From an uncultured virus (IMG/VR IMGVR_UViG_3300047160_026157) (lineage: Duplodnaviria; Heunggongvirae; Uroviricota; Caudoviricetes): DNA of 64,000 bases. The position numbers were made by a program, and so were the translations under genes. Below are positions 53,884 through 64,000 of this stretch, in pieces; the stretch's first letter is position 1, and every line of letters begins with the position of its first letter. Location: IMG/VR virus record IMGVR_UViG_3300047160_026157; one strand, written 5' to 3'. The notes below the pieces were generated by a model. It saw only the letters and a program-made list of their open reading frames with translations. It had not been told where the DNA came from and ran no database searches.

Positions 53884-54180
53884 ATGGCGACACAGGATCT
53901 CTCTACCAAGAAGCAAAGTTTCATGGCCAGGTACTCCGCCGCGGCCGAGGCGTTCCTCCGCTCGCGGGAGGTGCTGGCCGCACTCCACCGGGAGTGGCTG
54001 GCGAACGACTACGCCGACATCATCGTGCAGGACGATATCACGTCGGGTGCCCTGCTGCACCTCACGCCCGCGATCATGGCGGGCGGCATGTTCGCGCAGG
54101 AGCAGCTGGAGCTGCATCTGACGAACGGCCAGCCCATCCAGGGTGAGTACCAGACCAACTGGAACGCCCTCGTGGGGTGA
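53884..54180 (+). CDS. Hypothetical protein after the fibre gene
   Basis: AGGAGG RBS. Confidence 0.65.
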   Translation: MATQDLSTKKQSFMARYSAAAEAFLRSREVLAALHREWLANDYADIIVQDDITSGALLHLTPAIMAGGMFAQEQLELHLTNGQPIQGEYQTNWNALVG

Positions 54181-54183
54181 GCC

Positions 54184-54720
54184 GTGGCCAACGAGCTGCA
54201 AGCGCACTACACCCCGGGCCTGTTCGTTTACGCCGTCCTCCGGCGGGCGGATGGCCAGTTCTTCAACGGCGCCGGCTTCGAGATGCCTCTGGGAGGCAAC
54301 TGGGGCAATTACGCCATCTCGGCCCCCGAGCAGGGCGGGGTGGGCTACTACTACGCCTCGATGCCGGCGGGGCTGCCGGCCGGCCAGTACAACGCGGATT
54401 TCTTCTGGCGGCAGGGGACCACGCCGGCGGTCCTGGACACGATCATCGGCCAGGCCAGCCTGAGCTGGTCTGGCTCGGCGGACGACAGCTCGGCACAGAT
54501 CGCCGACAGGTTTCTGGGCCGGGCCCTCCAGGGCGGAGCCGACGGCGGCCGCACGGTGCGCGACTCGCTGCGGGCGGGCCGCAACAAGGTGGCCTTCGAC
54601 GTGCCCGCGGTGGGGCAGTTCACGGTCTACGACGAGGGGGACGTCAACCCGGCCTGGACGGGCACCTACACCCGCGGGCAGGGCGGTCTGGGGCCGTTGG
54701 TGACGACCGACCCGGCGTAG
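54184..54720 (+). CDS. Putative virion protein
   Basis: ORF in the tail operon. Confidence 0.65.
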   Translation: MANELQAHYTPGLFVYAVLRRADGQFFNGAGFEMPLGGNWGNYAISAPEQGGVGYYYASMPAGLPAGQYNADFFWRQGTTPAVLDTIIGQASLSWSGSADDSSAQIADRFLGRALQGGADGGRTVRDSLRAGRNKVAFDVPAVGQFTVYDEGDVNPAWTGTYTRGQGGLGPLVTTDPA

Positions 54721-54734
54721 GGGGGCTGAGAGCG

Positions 54735-55247
54735 GTGTTCAACTGGCTCTGGCGGTGGTTCGGCTGGGACGCCGGCGCCCCCTCCGAGTGGGAGGCCCGC
54801 CACGTCCCCCTGAAGGGCTCGGTTGGGACGCACATGCCCCTCTGGGGTAGCGTCGGGACAGCGATGCTCCTGGAGGGCGGTGTCGGGACGCATATCCCGC
54901 TTTGGGGGGCCCAGACCGTGGCCATTTACCAGACCTGGGGCTGCTTCCGCGGCGAGGACGTGCTCCTGACCGACACGCTCCGGCCGCCGGGTGGCATCAC
55001 CGGCTGGGCCATCACCTTCACGCTCAAGAAGCTCTACACCGACCAGACCGTCCTCATCACCAAGACGGTCGGCAACGGCATCAGCATCATCGATCCGATC
55101 AACGGGGTCTTCACCGTCGGCTTGTCGGCCCTGGACACCAACCTTCCGGCCGGCGACTACCTGTACACGATTGCCAGGACGGACACCGGGGCACATACGG
55201 TCCTGACCTACGGCCCCGTTAAGATCCTGGACGACACCGTGTTCTAG
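54735..55247 (+). CDS. BppU-N-like Ig-fold virion protein with four 10-aa N-terminal repeats (alternative start 54918)
   Basis: FRGED...ITGW.ITFTLK...GVFTV.LS..DT.L.AGDY.Y; repeats HxPLxGSVGT. Confidence 0.6.
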   Translation: MFNWLWRWFGWDAGAPSEWEARHVPLKGSVGTHMPLWGSVGTAMLLEGGVGTHIPLWGAQTVAIYQTWGCFRGEDVLLTDTLRPPGGITGWAITFTLKKLYTDQTVLITKTVGNGISIIDPINGVFTVGLSALDTNLPAGDYLYTIARTDTGAHTVLTYGPVKILDDTVF

Positions 55248-55276
55248 GTAACAGGGGGCTCACGCCCCCCGTTCGC

Positions 55277-56443
55277 CTACAGGAAGTTCACGTGCGCCGC
55301 CGGCCGGCGGAGCGCTTCCAGGGTGGTGTTCTGCGTCGAGAGCCGGCAGGCGGGCGGACACGCCTCGGCCGGCCGGATCGACCGTCGCACCAGGCGGGCC
55401 CGCTCGGAGTGCCAGACCTCGGGGAAGGTTGCCTGGTTGAGGTCTCCCAGGCAGAACTCCTCACGCCCTTGCCCGTGGCAGCAGATATAGACCTTGCCCT
55501 CCGCGCTGATGGCCGCCTGGAGGAAGTGGGCGTGGCAGGCGGAGTAGGTCACGCCGAGGTCGGGCCGGCCGAGCAACTGGTACTTGTCATGGCTCCAGAG
55601 GATGCGGAAGTCGTCCCGCTCGAAGGCGGTCCTGGCGATCCGGTAGGCCGCTTCCAGGTCGCGGAAGTTGAGGGGCTCAGAGCCCATGCCGCCGCGGAGG
55701 CTGGGGTCATCGCCGGGCGGCAGGACCAGCGGGCGGAACTGCAAGTAGTCCAGGCCGGGAATGCCGGCACAGAAGCGGGCCATCTTGTACAGGTCGCCGC
55801 GGCTGACACTGGCTTTGTCCGTCAGGAAGCCGACGCCGACGGTGGGCCAGCACAGACCTTGTTTCCAGCGGCGCTCCCTTTCTCTGGCGAAGTCGGCCAG
55901 GCGGAAGACCACCTTCCTGAACTCCCCCGGGCCCCGGCCGTGGAAACGGCTGAACGTCTCTGGGTCGTAGGCGTCGAGCGAGACGCGGACCCAGGAGAAG
56001 CCCGCGTACTCCTCCTCGGGCGTCAGGAGCGAGCCGTTGGTGATGAGGGCCGTGTCCAGGCCGCGCTCCCGGGCCTGGCCGGCCAGGGTCAGCAGGGCGT
56101 CCTGGCCCCACAGCAGCGGCTCCCCGCCGCCGGAGAACGTCAGGCCGCGGACCCCGAAGTCTGCCAGCTCCCCGACCAGGCGCACGGCCAGACTCAGGGG
56201 CATCATGTCCTTCTTGACGTTCACCCAGGCCCCGAAGGTGCAGCCGGGGCAGGCGTGGTTGCACAGCCACGTCAGGTCCAGCTCCACGGTGACGGGCGGC
56301 GGCAGCTCGCCCGCCTGCCAGGCGGCCAGGCGGTCCAGGTGGCGGAACATCTTGTCGCCGGCGAAGGGGTCCGGGCCCACTTGCTTTTCCGAGTAGTCAA
56401 CCGCCGGAGCGGGGCTCTCGACCATCGGCAGGGCATTCAGCAT
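55277..56443 (-). CDS. Radical SAM protein with SPASM/twitch-like domain
   Basis: CNHACPGC, FSGGGEPL, ITNG, VRVSLDA, C...GKVYICC...CPPAC. Confidence 0.9.
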   Translation of the reverse strand: MLNALPMVESPAPAVDYSEKQVGPDPFAGDKMFRHLDRLAAWQAGELPPPVTVELDLTWLCNHACPGCTFGAWVNVKKDMMPLSLAVRLVGELADFGVRGLTFSGGGEPLLWGQDALLTLAGQARERGLDTALITNGSLLTPEEEYAGFSWVRVSLDAYDPETFSRFHGRGPGEFRKVVFRLADFARERERRWKQGLCWPTVGVGFLTDKASVSRGDLYKMARFCAGIPGLDYLQFRPLVLPPGDDPSLRGGMGSEPLNFRDLEAAYRIARTAFERDDFRILWSHDKYQLLGRPDLGVTYSACHAHFLQAAISAEGKVYICCHGQGREEFCLGDLNQATFPEVWHSERARLVRRSIRPAEACPPACRLSTQNTTLEALRRPAAHVNFL

Positions 56444-56976
56444 GGCGGCTCCCCCTGGAACTCGTTTTGGACTACCTCGAAGAAGGCGATCAGCTCGTGC
56501 GCCGCCCCCGGGGCCCAGCGGAGAATCAGCTCCCTGTCCCTGTCGGGGTAGAGGGCCTGGATCTCGTCGAACTCCATCGAGGGCACGTACTCGTCGCGTA
56601 GCCACCTGAGCCGCCTTTGGCCGCGGCCGCCCCAGTGCTCCCGGGCAAAGCGGTCAAGAGCGTCGGTCCAGTGGCGGAACTGCCGGACCGACAGAACGTG
56701 GCGGTGGCCGGGGGACAGGGCCATCGGGTTCAGGAAGTGCGGCACGCGGATCTCGACGGACGCGCCAACCTTGCACACCCGGGCAATCTCCCAGAGGAGG
56801 ACCCGCGGGTCGGCAACGTGCTCCAGGCAGTGGGAGCTGAAGACGGCTTCCACGCTCTCGTCCGGGAAGGGGAGAGGCCCGGCGTCCAGGTCGCAGTGGA
56901 CGTCAGCCCCGGGGCAGACATCGACGTTCACGTGGCCTTCCCGCGGGTAGCGGCCGCCGCCCAGGTCGAGCTTCAT
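56437..56976 (-). CDS. Class I SAM-dependent methyltransferase
   Basis: LDLGGG, LPFPDESV, SHCLEHV, EIARVCKVG. Confidence 0.88.
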   Translation of the reverse strand: MKLDLGGGRYPREGHVNVDVCPGADVHCDLDAGPLPFPDESVEAVFSSHCLEHVADPRVLLWEIARVCKVGASVEIRVPHFLNPMALSPGHRHVLSVRQFRHWTDALDRFAREHWGGRGQRRLRWLRDEYVPSMEFDEIQALYPDRDRELILRWAPGAAHELIAFFEVVQNEFQGEPPC

Positions 56977-57182
56977 CGCCTTCCCCCCGCGTGCCCGGCC
57001 CGGAAGGTTTCCATCGCCTGGACGCTCCTGGTTGCCATCTGCCAGCCCTTGCAGAAGGGCGCGCCGCAGTCGCAGGGGACCGCCTCCAGGCCCACTTTGG
57101 GCAGGTCGCCCTGGGTGACCCCGCACCTCTCGGCGTAGTAGCGCTCGAACTCCTCCCGGGAGATGTGCTTCCTGTCGCTCAT
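56973..57182 (-). CDS. Small Cys-containing protein
   Basis: PCDCGAPFCKGW; ATGA coupling. Confidence 0.6.
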   Translation of the reverse strand: MSDRKHISREEFERYYAERCGVTQGDLPKVGLEAVPCDCGAPFCKGWQMATRSVQAMETFRAGHAGGRR

Positions 57183-58525
57183 GGGGTTCTCCGGTGCTGG
57201 TTGGCCGTCTTCCACCAGTTGAAGGCCGGGATCACGACCCCCCTGACATAAGCGTTATGATAGAGGTTCATGAGAGGCGTCGGCGCCTCCCAGAATACGC
57301 AGCCCGCCTCGCTGGCGTCGAAGACTCGCGAGGGGAAGATTTCGCCGCCGAAGATTTGCGTCCGCTTGCCGCCCTCCAGGTGCCATAAGTCGGCCTCCCG
57401 CCAGGGGCGGGCGAACAGGTCGGCCGAGCGGGCCGCCCAGAAGGTGCCCGAGTAGTGCCAGCTCGAAAGGTTGCCGCCGAAGCCGTGGCCGAGCTTCTTC
57501 ATGGACCCCACGATGGGGAAGCGTGAGAGCAGCTCCTCGACCGCGGGCCAGTAGTCGAGCAGAGCCTCGTAGAGGACCTCTACCCAGGGCCCGATGGCAC
57601 TTCCCGGGTCGATGGGCCTGGTCACGCCCTTGCTGTGGGCGTAGAAGAGGACCCGGCCCCTGTCGTGGGACTCCAGCTGCGACAGGAGCGGCACCAGGCT
57701 GGCCACCTCGCGCAGCTCGGGGTCGTTGGGCAGGGTCAACAGCTCGAAGGTGCCCAGAGGCGCCAGAGCCTTGGCGACCTCTTCGGGCGGGTCCAGGCCG
57801 TCGCCGGTCATGCAGGCGATGACCTTCCGGCCGGTGAACAGCCGGGCCCGCTTGACCAGCATCTCCACGTTCCACCGCCAGACGGTGTTCGAGGCGACGG
57901 GGCAGAGGTGGTAGGCCAGGTCGCGGACGGGGAAGGCGGCGCCCTGGCTGGGAGCAGGTGGTGGAGGGTCCGCAGCCGTCTGACCCGCGGCCCGGGCCAG
58001 GGCCTCATCGAGCAGTACCACGGCCGGGTCACCAATTGCCAGCCGGGTCGCCAGCCCGGTCGTCACGGCGAGGGCGGCGGTCCGGACCCTGGCGACCCAG
58101 CCCAAGCTGGCCTGCTGGCTCCTGAGGCGGGCGAGGATCTCGCCGCGGTGGGCCTGGCACCAGGCGGCCCCGCCCCGGTCCATTGCGTTGGTCCAGGCTT
58201 CGCAGCCGCAGCCCGCCTCGCCGGTCAGTCCCAGGGACGCCAGGAGCTTCTTCAGCTCGGTGCCCGGCCCGAACCCGGGCGGGGTCTGGGGTGGGACGGC
58301 GTCTCCCAGAGACGGGGTGGCCAGCTGCTCCGGCAGCGTGGTGGCGCCTTCCAGCTGCAATCGCCACTTGCGGCGGAACGCCTGCGACTTCTGGGCGGTG
58401 ACTCGCGGGTATCCTTCGAGCGACACGCCCTGGCAGACGGCGTGGGCGTAGGGGTCCTGGCGGAGCTTGTAGCGCGGGCAGTAGCCGGGGGCAGCACACT
58501 CGCAGGCCGGTTCTTCAATTGGCAT
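57179..58525 (-). CDS. Cys-rich N-terminus fused to a putative glycosyltransferase-like domain
   Basis: FYAHSKGVT...WHYSGTFW motif; GPGTELKKLL...CGC module. Confidence 0.55.
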   Translation of the reverse strand: MPIEEPACECAAPGYCPRYKLRQDPYAHAVCQGVSLEGYPRVTAQKSQAFRRKWRLQLEGATTLPEQLATPSLGDAVPPQTPPGFGPGTELKKLLASLGLTGEAGCGCEAWTNAMDRGGAAWCQAHRGEILARLRSQQASLGWVARVRTAALAVTTGLATRLAIGDPAVVLLDEALARAAGQTAADPPPPAPSQGAAFPVRDLAYHLCPVASNTVWRWNVEMLVKRARLFTGRKVIACMTGDGLDPPEEVAKALAPLGTFELLTLPNDPELREVASLVPLLSQLESHDRGRVLFYAHSKGVTRPIDPGSAIGPWVEVLYEALLDYWPAVEELLSRFPIVGSMKKLGHGFGGNLSSWHYSGTFWAARSADLFARPWREADLWHLEGGKRTQIFGGEIFPSRVFDASEAGCVFWEAPTPLMNLYHNAYVRGVVIPAFNWWKTANQHRRTP

Positions 58526-58528
58526 GGC

Positions 58529-59899
<1,371 letters not shown>

Positions 59900-59908
59900 C
59901 GGCCGGCC

Positions 59909-61858
59909 TCACATGGCGTCGATGACGACCACTTCCAGGTCGTCCACCCACAGCCCCGTCTTCTGGTCGTAGCGGCGCCAGAACGCCTGGGAACCGTTGG
60001 CGTCGGAGCTGCCCGTCAGGCGGAACAGGTCCTCCCACGGCACCTCGTCGAAGACGCAGTAGGCGCCGGCCCCGACGCGCAGGAACACGACCGAGCGAGA
60101 GGGCCCCGTGGCGCTCTTCACAATCTCCGACTTGCCCGTTGACGGGTCGATGAAGGTCCACGTGCCGTAGGAGCCGCCCTGGCAAAGGCAGGGGGTGTCT
60201 GCGTGCCCCGAACCGGACCCGGAGCCCGACCCGGAGCCGGACCCGGACCCCGCCGGCGGTGGCACGAACAGGGGCCAGACGGGCAGGTCCAGGTCGCGGG
60301 TCTGGTAGGCCGGCCAGCAGCCGGGCTTGCCGCAGATGGACCCCTCGGTGTAGGTGACCTGCTGGGGCTGGTCGGAGTCTGAAACCTTGACCCACGAATA
60401 CTGCCGGGCGTTCCCGCCGTAGGTCTTGTTCAAAAGGAGGGCCGCCCCCGGGTCAGGCGGCGGGGAGGGGCCGTGGAGCAGCGTCTCCAGCTGGTCGGCA
60501 AAGGGCCCGCGCTCGCAGCGGGTCGAGACGCGGTCGAAGGTGTGCTCGTACTCGACCATCTCGGTGTGCCCCTCCATGAGCCAGTTGAGGGCCCCCTCGT
60601 AGCGGGCCGTCACCCGGCCGAGCTGCCAGAGATACCAGTCGGTGGCGATCTGCGTGGCGAGGGTCTTCAGGTAGACGGGGTCCGAGGAGCAGGCCGTCGA
60701 GAGCAGACTCTTGGCCCCCGCGTAGCCGACGACGCCCTGGTACTGCGGTAGAGCGAGGTCCTGGAGCACGACCCGCACGGTGTACGCCGGCGTCAGCGGG
60801 TCCGGGGCCGAGCGGGGGAAGCTGACCGCCACGGCCCAGGGAGCCACGGCGTTCAGGTCCTGGCCCGACCCGGAGCCCGAGCCCGAGCCGGAGCCCCAGG
60901 GCGCCGCAATGTCCATCTCGTGGCCGGCGATGCGGAGGTTGGGGTAGGTGCCCGTCGTCTCCAGGGCCAGGTTCGACACCATCGCGTTCAAGCTGCTCGT
61001 CGGGGAGTAGACGAGCACGCGGCCGTCCAGGGTCCTGACCACGCGCTGGCCGACCGAGGCGGCCACCATGTCCAGGAGCACGGGGGCCGCCCGGTACGGG
61101 AGTGTCAGGCTGGCCGGCGGGCTGCCGTAGGCCGCCGGCACGGGGTCGTGGAAGATGGTCACCCCGAGGTTAGAAGCGAGCTGCTGATAGACCCCGTCCC
61201 AGCTGGTGATGCCCTGCCAGACGGTCCCCTGCTCCTGGACGCTGAGGGCCCCGGGCCGCAACCACCAGAAGTATCTCTCGTCTACCAGCGTCAGGAGCCA
61301 GAGGGCCCCGGGAGGCACCCAGGTGCCGGACCCGGACCCGGACCCGGACCCGGACCCGGACCCGGAGCCGGAGCCCGACGGCGGGATGAAGACCAGACGG
61401 GCGACGCGCGACAAAGGGCGGGGCGGCAGCATGAACATCTGCGTCTGCACCTGGCGGCGGCCGTCGTTGATGAGGAGGGGTTGGCTGCGGTAGGCGCCAC
61501 TGCCGGACCCGGAGCCCCCCGACACGTAAACCGCCGTGCGGATGGCTTGAAGCTCGTCCTGATCGACCAGGTAGTGGGCGTGGGCGAAGCGGCTGGCTCC
61601 CTGCGGCCAGCGGAGGACGCCCAGGTGGAAGGGCTCCCGGCCGAACCAGCCCCGCCAGCCCATGTAGGGCGGGTACGCAGTGGGCACCGTGCCGGGCGTG
61701 GGGAAAGGGCCGTGGACGCCGGCCAGGTCCCCCATCTGCCCGGGGAAGGTCCGCTCCACCCATTCGACCAGCCAGGCCGGGTCGAGAAGCTCGGTCAGCT
61801 CGGCCAGGGTGCCCGGCGCCGGGGGCGTCAACTCCACGCCTGCGAAGGAAACGCTCAT
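59909..61858 (-). CDS. Putative tail/baseplate hub protein with four (GS)n tracts
   Basis: ATG 61858 after a promoter motif; LLTLVDERYFWW. Confidence 0.65.
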   Translation of the reverse strand: MSVSFAGVELTPPAPGTLAELTELLDPAWLVEWVERTFPGQMGDLAGVHGPFPTPGTVPTAYPPYMGWRGWFGREPFHLGVLRWPQGASRFAHAHYLVDQDELQAIRTAVYVSGGSGSGSGAYRSQPLLINDGRRQVQTQMFMLPPRPLSRVARLVFIPPSGSGSGSGSGSGSGSGSGTWVPPGALWLLTLVDERYFWWLRPGALSVQEQGTVWQGITSWDGVYQQLASNLGVTIFHDPVPAAYGSPPASLTLPYRAAPVLLDMVAASVGQRVVRTLDGRVLVYSPTSSLNAMVSNLALETTGTYPNLRIAGHEMDIAAPWGSGSGSGSGSGQDLNAVAPWAVAVSFPRSAPDPLTPAYTVRVVLQDLALPQYQGVVGYAGAKSLLSTACSSDPVYLKTLATQIATDWYLWQLGRVTARYEGALNWLMEGHTEMVEYEHTFDRVSTRCERGPFADQLETLLHGPSPPPDPGAALLLNKTYGGNARQYSWVKVSDSDQPQQVTYTEGSICGKPGCWPAYQTRDLDLPVWPLFVPPPAGSGSGSGSGSGSGSGHADTPCLCQGGSYGTWTFIDPSTGKSEIVKSATGPSRSVVFLRVGAGAYCVFDEVPWEDLFRLTGSSDANGSQAFWRRYDQKTGLWVDDLEVVVIDAM

Positions 61859-61981
61859 CCAGCCGCGTATAGCCGCCCGGGGGGCCCGGGGGCAAAGCAA
61901 CCCCGGTTTGCGGGCGCCCGCCAGAGGGGTGCAGACTGCCGGAACCTGTCTGGCGCCCGACACCTCGCGGAGGCTACGGAG

Positions 61982-62722
61982 ATGACCCAGGGCGACCTGC
62001 TGAGTGCCTTCCAGGCCCGCGGCGTGGCGGACTTCTTCGAGCCCCTCAACTGGGAGCGGGCCCTCACGCTGGCCGTCGCCCTGGCCCTGGCGGCCGTGGC
62101 CCTGGCGGGGCTCAGGCAGCTCGGCCGGGGCGGTGTGGCCCTGGCCGGGCTGTCGTGGCGGCGGCTGGTCCGGCCGGCCGGGCGGTTGACAGCCCGGGTC
62201 CTTTGCTGGCCCTTCCGCAGGGCCCCGGTGCCCGAGCCCGAGCCCAACCCCGTCATGGACTGGGTGCTGCTGTCCTTGCAGGACCCCGACGCCGTGTGGA
62301 CCGACGAGACGCAGACCCTCCTGACGAGTGCCCTGGAGGCCCAGCTGGGCCTGGAGCCGATGACGCAACAGGACTCAGACCGCGTCTGGCGTCTGACCTT
62401 CCTTCGCACGGTCGATGACTGCATGAACGTGCTGGCCGACCTGGACGACGAGGAGAAGGGCACGGCCCTTCAGGCGGTCATCGCGGCCCGCGGCCGGGTC
62501 GAGAAGCGCGACCGCGACGCCCGGCGGGCCGAGGTGCTGGGCCGGCTGGCCCGGCGGTCCGAGTCGTTCCCGGGCGTGGCCCCGGACACGCAAGCTCCCG
62601 CGGTGCTGCACGGGCCGCCGCGGCCGGTCAACATCGGGGCCGCGCAGCCCCTGGGTTCCCCTCCCCAGCAGCCGGCCAGCTGCGAGCCGGGCGCCGGCAA
62701 GACGAAGCGTTACCCCTTCTGA
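61982..62722 (+). CDS. Membrane-anchored hypothetical protein
   Basis: GGAGG/GGAG upstream; ALTLAVALALAAVALAGL helix. Confidence 0.6.
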   Translation: MTQGDLLSAFQARGVADFFEPLNWERALTLAVALALAAVALAGLRQLGRGGVALAGLSWRRLVRPAGRLTARVLCWPFRRAPVPEPEPNPVMDWVLLSLQDPDAVWTDETQTLLTSALEAQLGLEPMTQQDSDRVWRLTFLRTVDDCMNVLADLDDEEKGTALQAVIAARGRVEKRDRDARRAEVLGRLARRSESFPGVAPDTQAPAVLHGPPRPVNIGAAQPLGSPPQQPASCEPGAGKTKRYPF

Positions 62723-62732
62723 GGGTCCAGGC

Positions 62733-63518
62733 ATGCTCAGACTCGCGCTGGCGGTGGTGCTGCTGGTGGGCACCACCGCCCCTGCCCTGGCGGACCCGCG
62801 GGCGGTCGTGCGTCTCGGGTCGCACGGCGCCTCGGGCGTGGTGATCGCCTCGGGGCAGGGGGTCAGTTATATCCTCACTGCCGCCCATGCGTTCGAGGGG
62901 CAGCAGCGGGCCAAGAAGATCGAGTTAGACGCCCCCGACGGCCAGGGCGCCGTCAGGACGGGCGGTATCCGTCTGGTCAAGCTCGATTACGGCCGCGACC
63001 TGGCGCTCGTGGAGATGCGGCAGGGCCCGCTCCGCCACGTTTGCCCGGTGGCCCAGCAGGCGGGGCGGACGACGAGCTGCTACTCGGTCGGCTATGATAA
63101 GATGGTACTCCCCTCGGGCGGCCCGGGCGTGTACCCCGCCACGATCCTCGATCAGGGGCGGGCGCGCACCCACACCCGGGAGCGACCCGTTCCGGGCCGT
63201 TCGGGGGGAGCACTGATCTGCGACGGCCGCGTGGTCGGGATCTGTCATGGGTATGAAATTGGCGGGAGGGGGATATACGTGTCCTTGACCGCGATCCACG
63301 AGTTTCTCGGCGGGTATCAGCAGCGCGGTCCGGGGGTGGCGGCCCCCGGCTATGGTCCTCGTGGGGCGCCTTATAGCGCTGGGGGGGGATACGCCCCCTA
63401 TTCCTACGAGGGGGGCCGCTGGCAGGGGATGGCGCCGGCACCTTTCAGGGGCCCGCCGGCGCCACCCCGTTACTCCGAGTCTTTCAGCCGGCCCTACTCT
63501 CCGCCGGGCGGCACGTGA
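62733..63518 (+). CDS. Secreted trypsin-like serine protease
   Basis: Signal peptide; LTAAH, DLALV and GRSGG catalytic triad motifs. Confidence 0.85.
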   Translation: MLRLALAVVLLVGTTAPALADPRAVVRLGSHGASGVVIASGQGVSYILTAAHAFEGQQRAKKIELDAPDGQGAVRTGGIRLVKLDYGRDLALVEMRQGPLRHVCPVAQQAGRTTSCYSVGYDKMVLPSGGPGVYPATILDQGRARTHTRERPVPGRSGGALICDGRVVGICHGYEIGGRGIYVSLTAIHEFLGGYQQRGPGVAAPGYGPRGAPYSAGGGYAPYSYEGGRWQGMAPAPFRGPPAPPRYSESFSRPYSPPGGT

Positions 63519-63558
63519 AGGTAACTCAGAGGCACCCGTGTGGTGCCAGGAGGCGACC

Positions 63559-64000
63559 ATGATCGAGGTGGTACTGATGGCGGCTCTGGCCGGGCCCGCC
63601 CAGCAGACGCGGACGGCCCTGGCCAGCCCGGTCACGAGCCGGGCGGTGGCGCCGCCGGCCAGGAAGCCGGGTCTGCCCCAGGTGCGGCTCCAGGAGCGCT
63701 TCACGCAGGGGACCGGCGAGCAGACGGCGTGCTTCTTCTTCTTCGGCCTGCGTCCCCGGCCCGACCCCTTCCTGTACTTCCAGCTCCAGGGCCTCCGGGA
63801 CGGCCAGATGCAGCTGGAGTTCCAGCAGCAATTGCAAACGCAACTACTGCTCCAGCTGCTCGCCCAGCGGCAGTACATGCAGCCGCAGATTGACCTCCGG
63901 ATCGGCGGCGGCTACAGCTACGGCGGCGGCGGCGGGGGGTTTGTCGGCGGCTTCTCGGGCGGTTGCGGCCCCTTCGGCTGCCCCCCGACGCCGACGCCCT
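63559..64000 (+). CDS. Partial exported Gln/Gly-rich protein
   Basis: AGGAGG RBS; hydrophobic N-terminus; runs off the window. Confidence 0.55.
   Translation, partial: MIEVVLMAALAGPAQQTRTALASPVTSRAVAPPARKPGLPQVRLQERFTQGTGEQTACFFFFGLRPRPDPFLYFQLQGLRDGQMQLEFQQQLQTQLLLQLLAQRQYMQPQIDLRIGGGYSYGGGGGGFVGGFSGGCGPFGCPPTPTP

Overview
High-GC segment of a tailed phage or prophage. The likely host is a Planctomycetota (Gemmataceae-like) bacterium, inferred from a TIGR02996-type protein, a Gemmata-type paralogue-family protein and a CsrA-like protein. It carries a DUF935/Mu gp29-like portal, blocks of small early genes, a head module (protease/scaffold, cement, major capsid, Mu gp36-like adaptor), tail genes with a G/GT-type -1 frameshift, a YadA-like fibre, and a radical SAM/methyltransferase/glycosyltransferase-like cluster. 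The most striking part is a 20 kb block (12.6-32.7 kb) of four polyvalent, probably virion-packaged proteins. Their domains are Acb1-like 2H phosphoesterase, ParB-like, RelA/SpoT-like, GNAT, ART, zeta-like kinase and DarB-like MTase-helicase. The domains are separated by a recurring [QRK]-[YHF]-A motif and share repeated docking-like modules. Four genes are overprinted in the +1 frame inside the two giant ORFs, including a Zn-finger/Vsr-like endonuclease hidden inside an intein and a candidate antitoxin right after the RelA/SpoT domain. Two promoter classes, a dispersed palindrome family and structured RNA leaders are also visible. No terminase, integrase, polymerase, MuF or clear tape-measure gene was recognised. 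All family calls are by motif recognition, not by database search.
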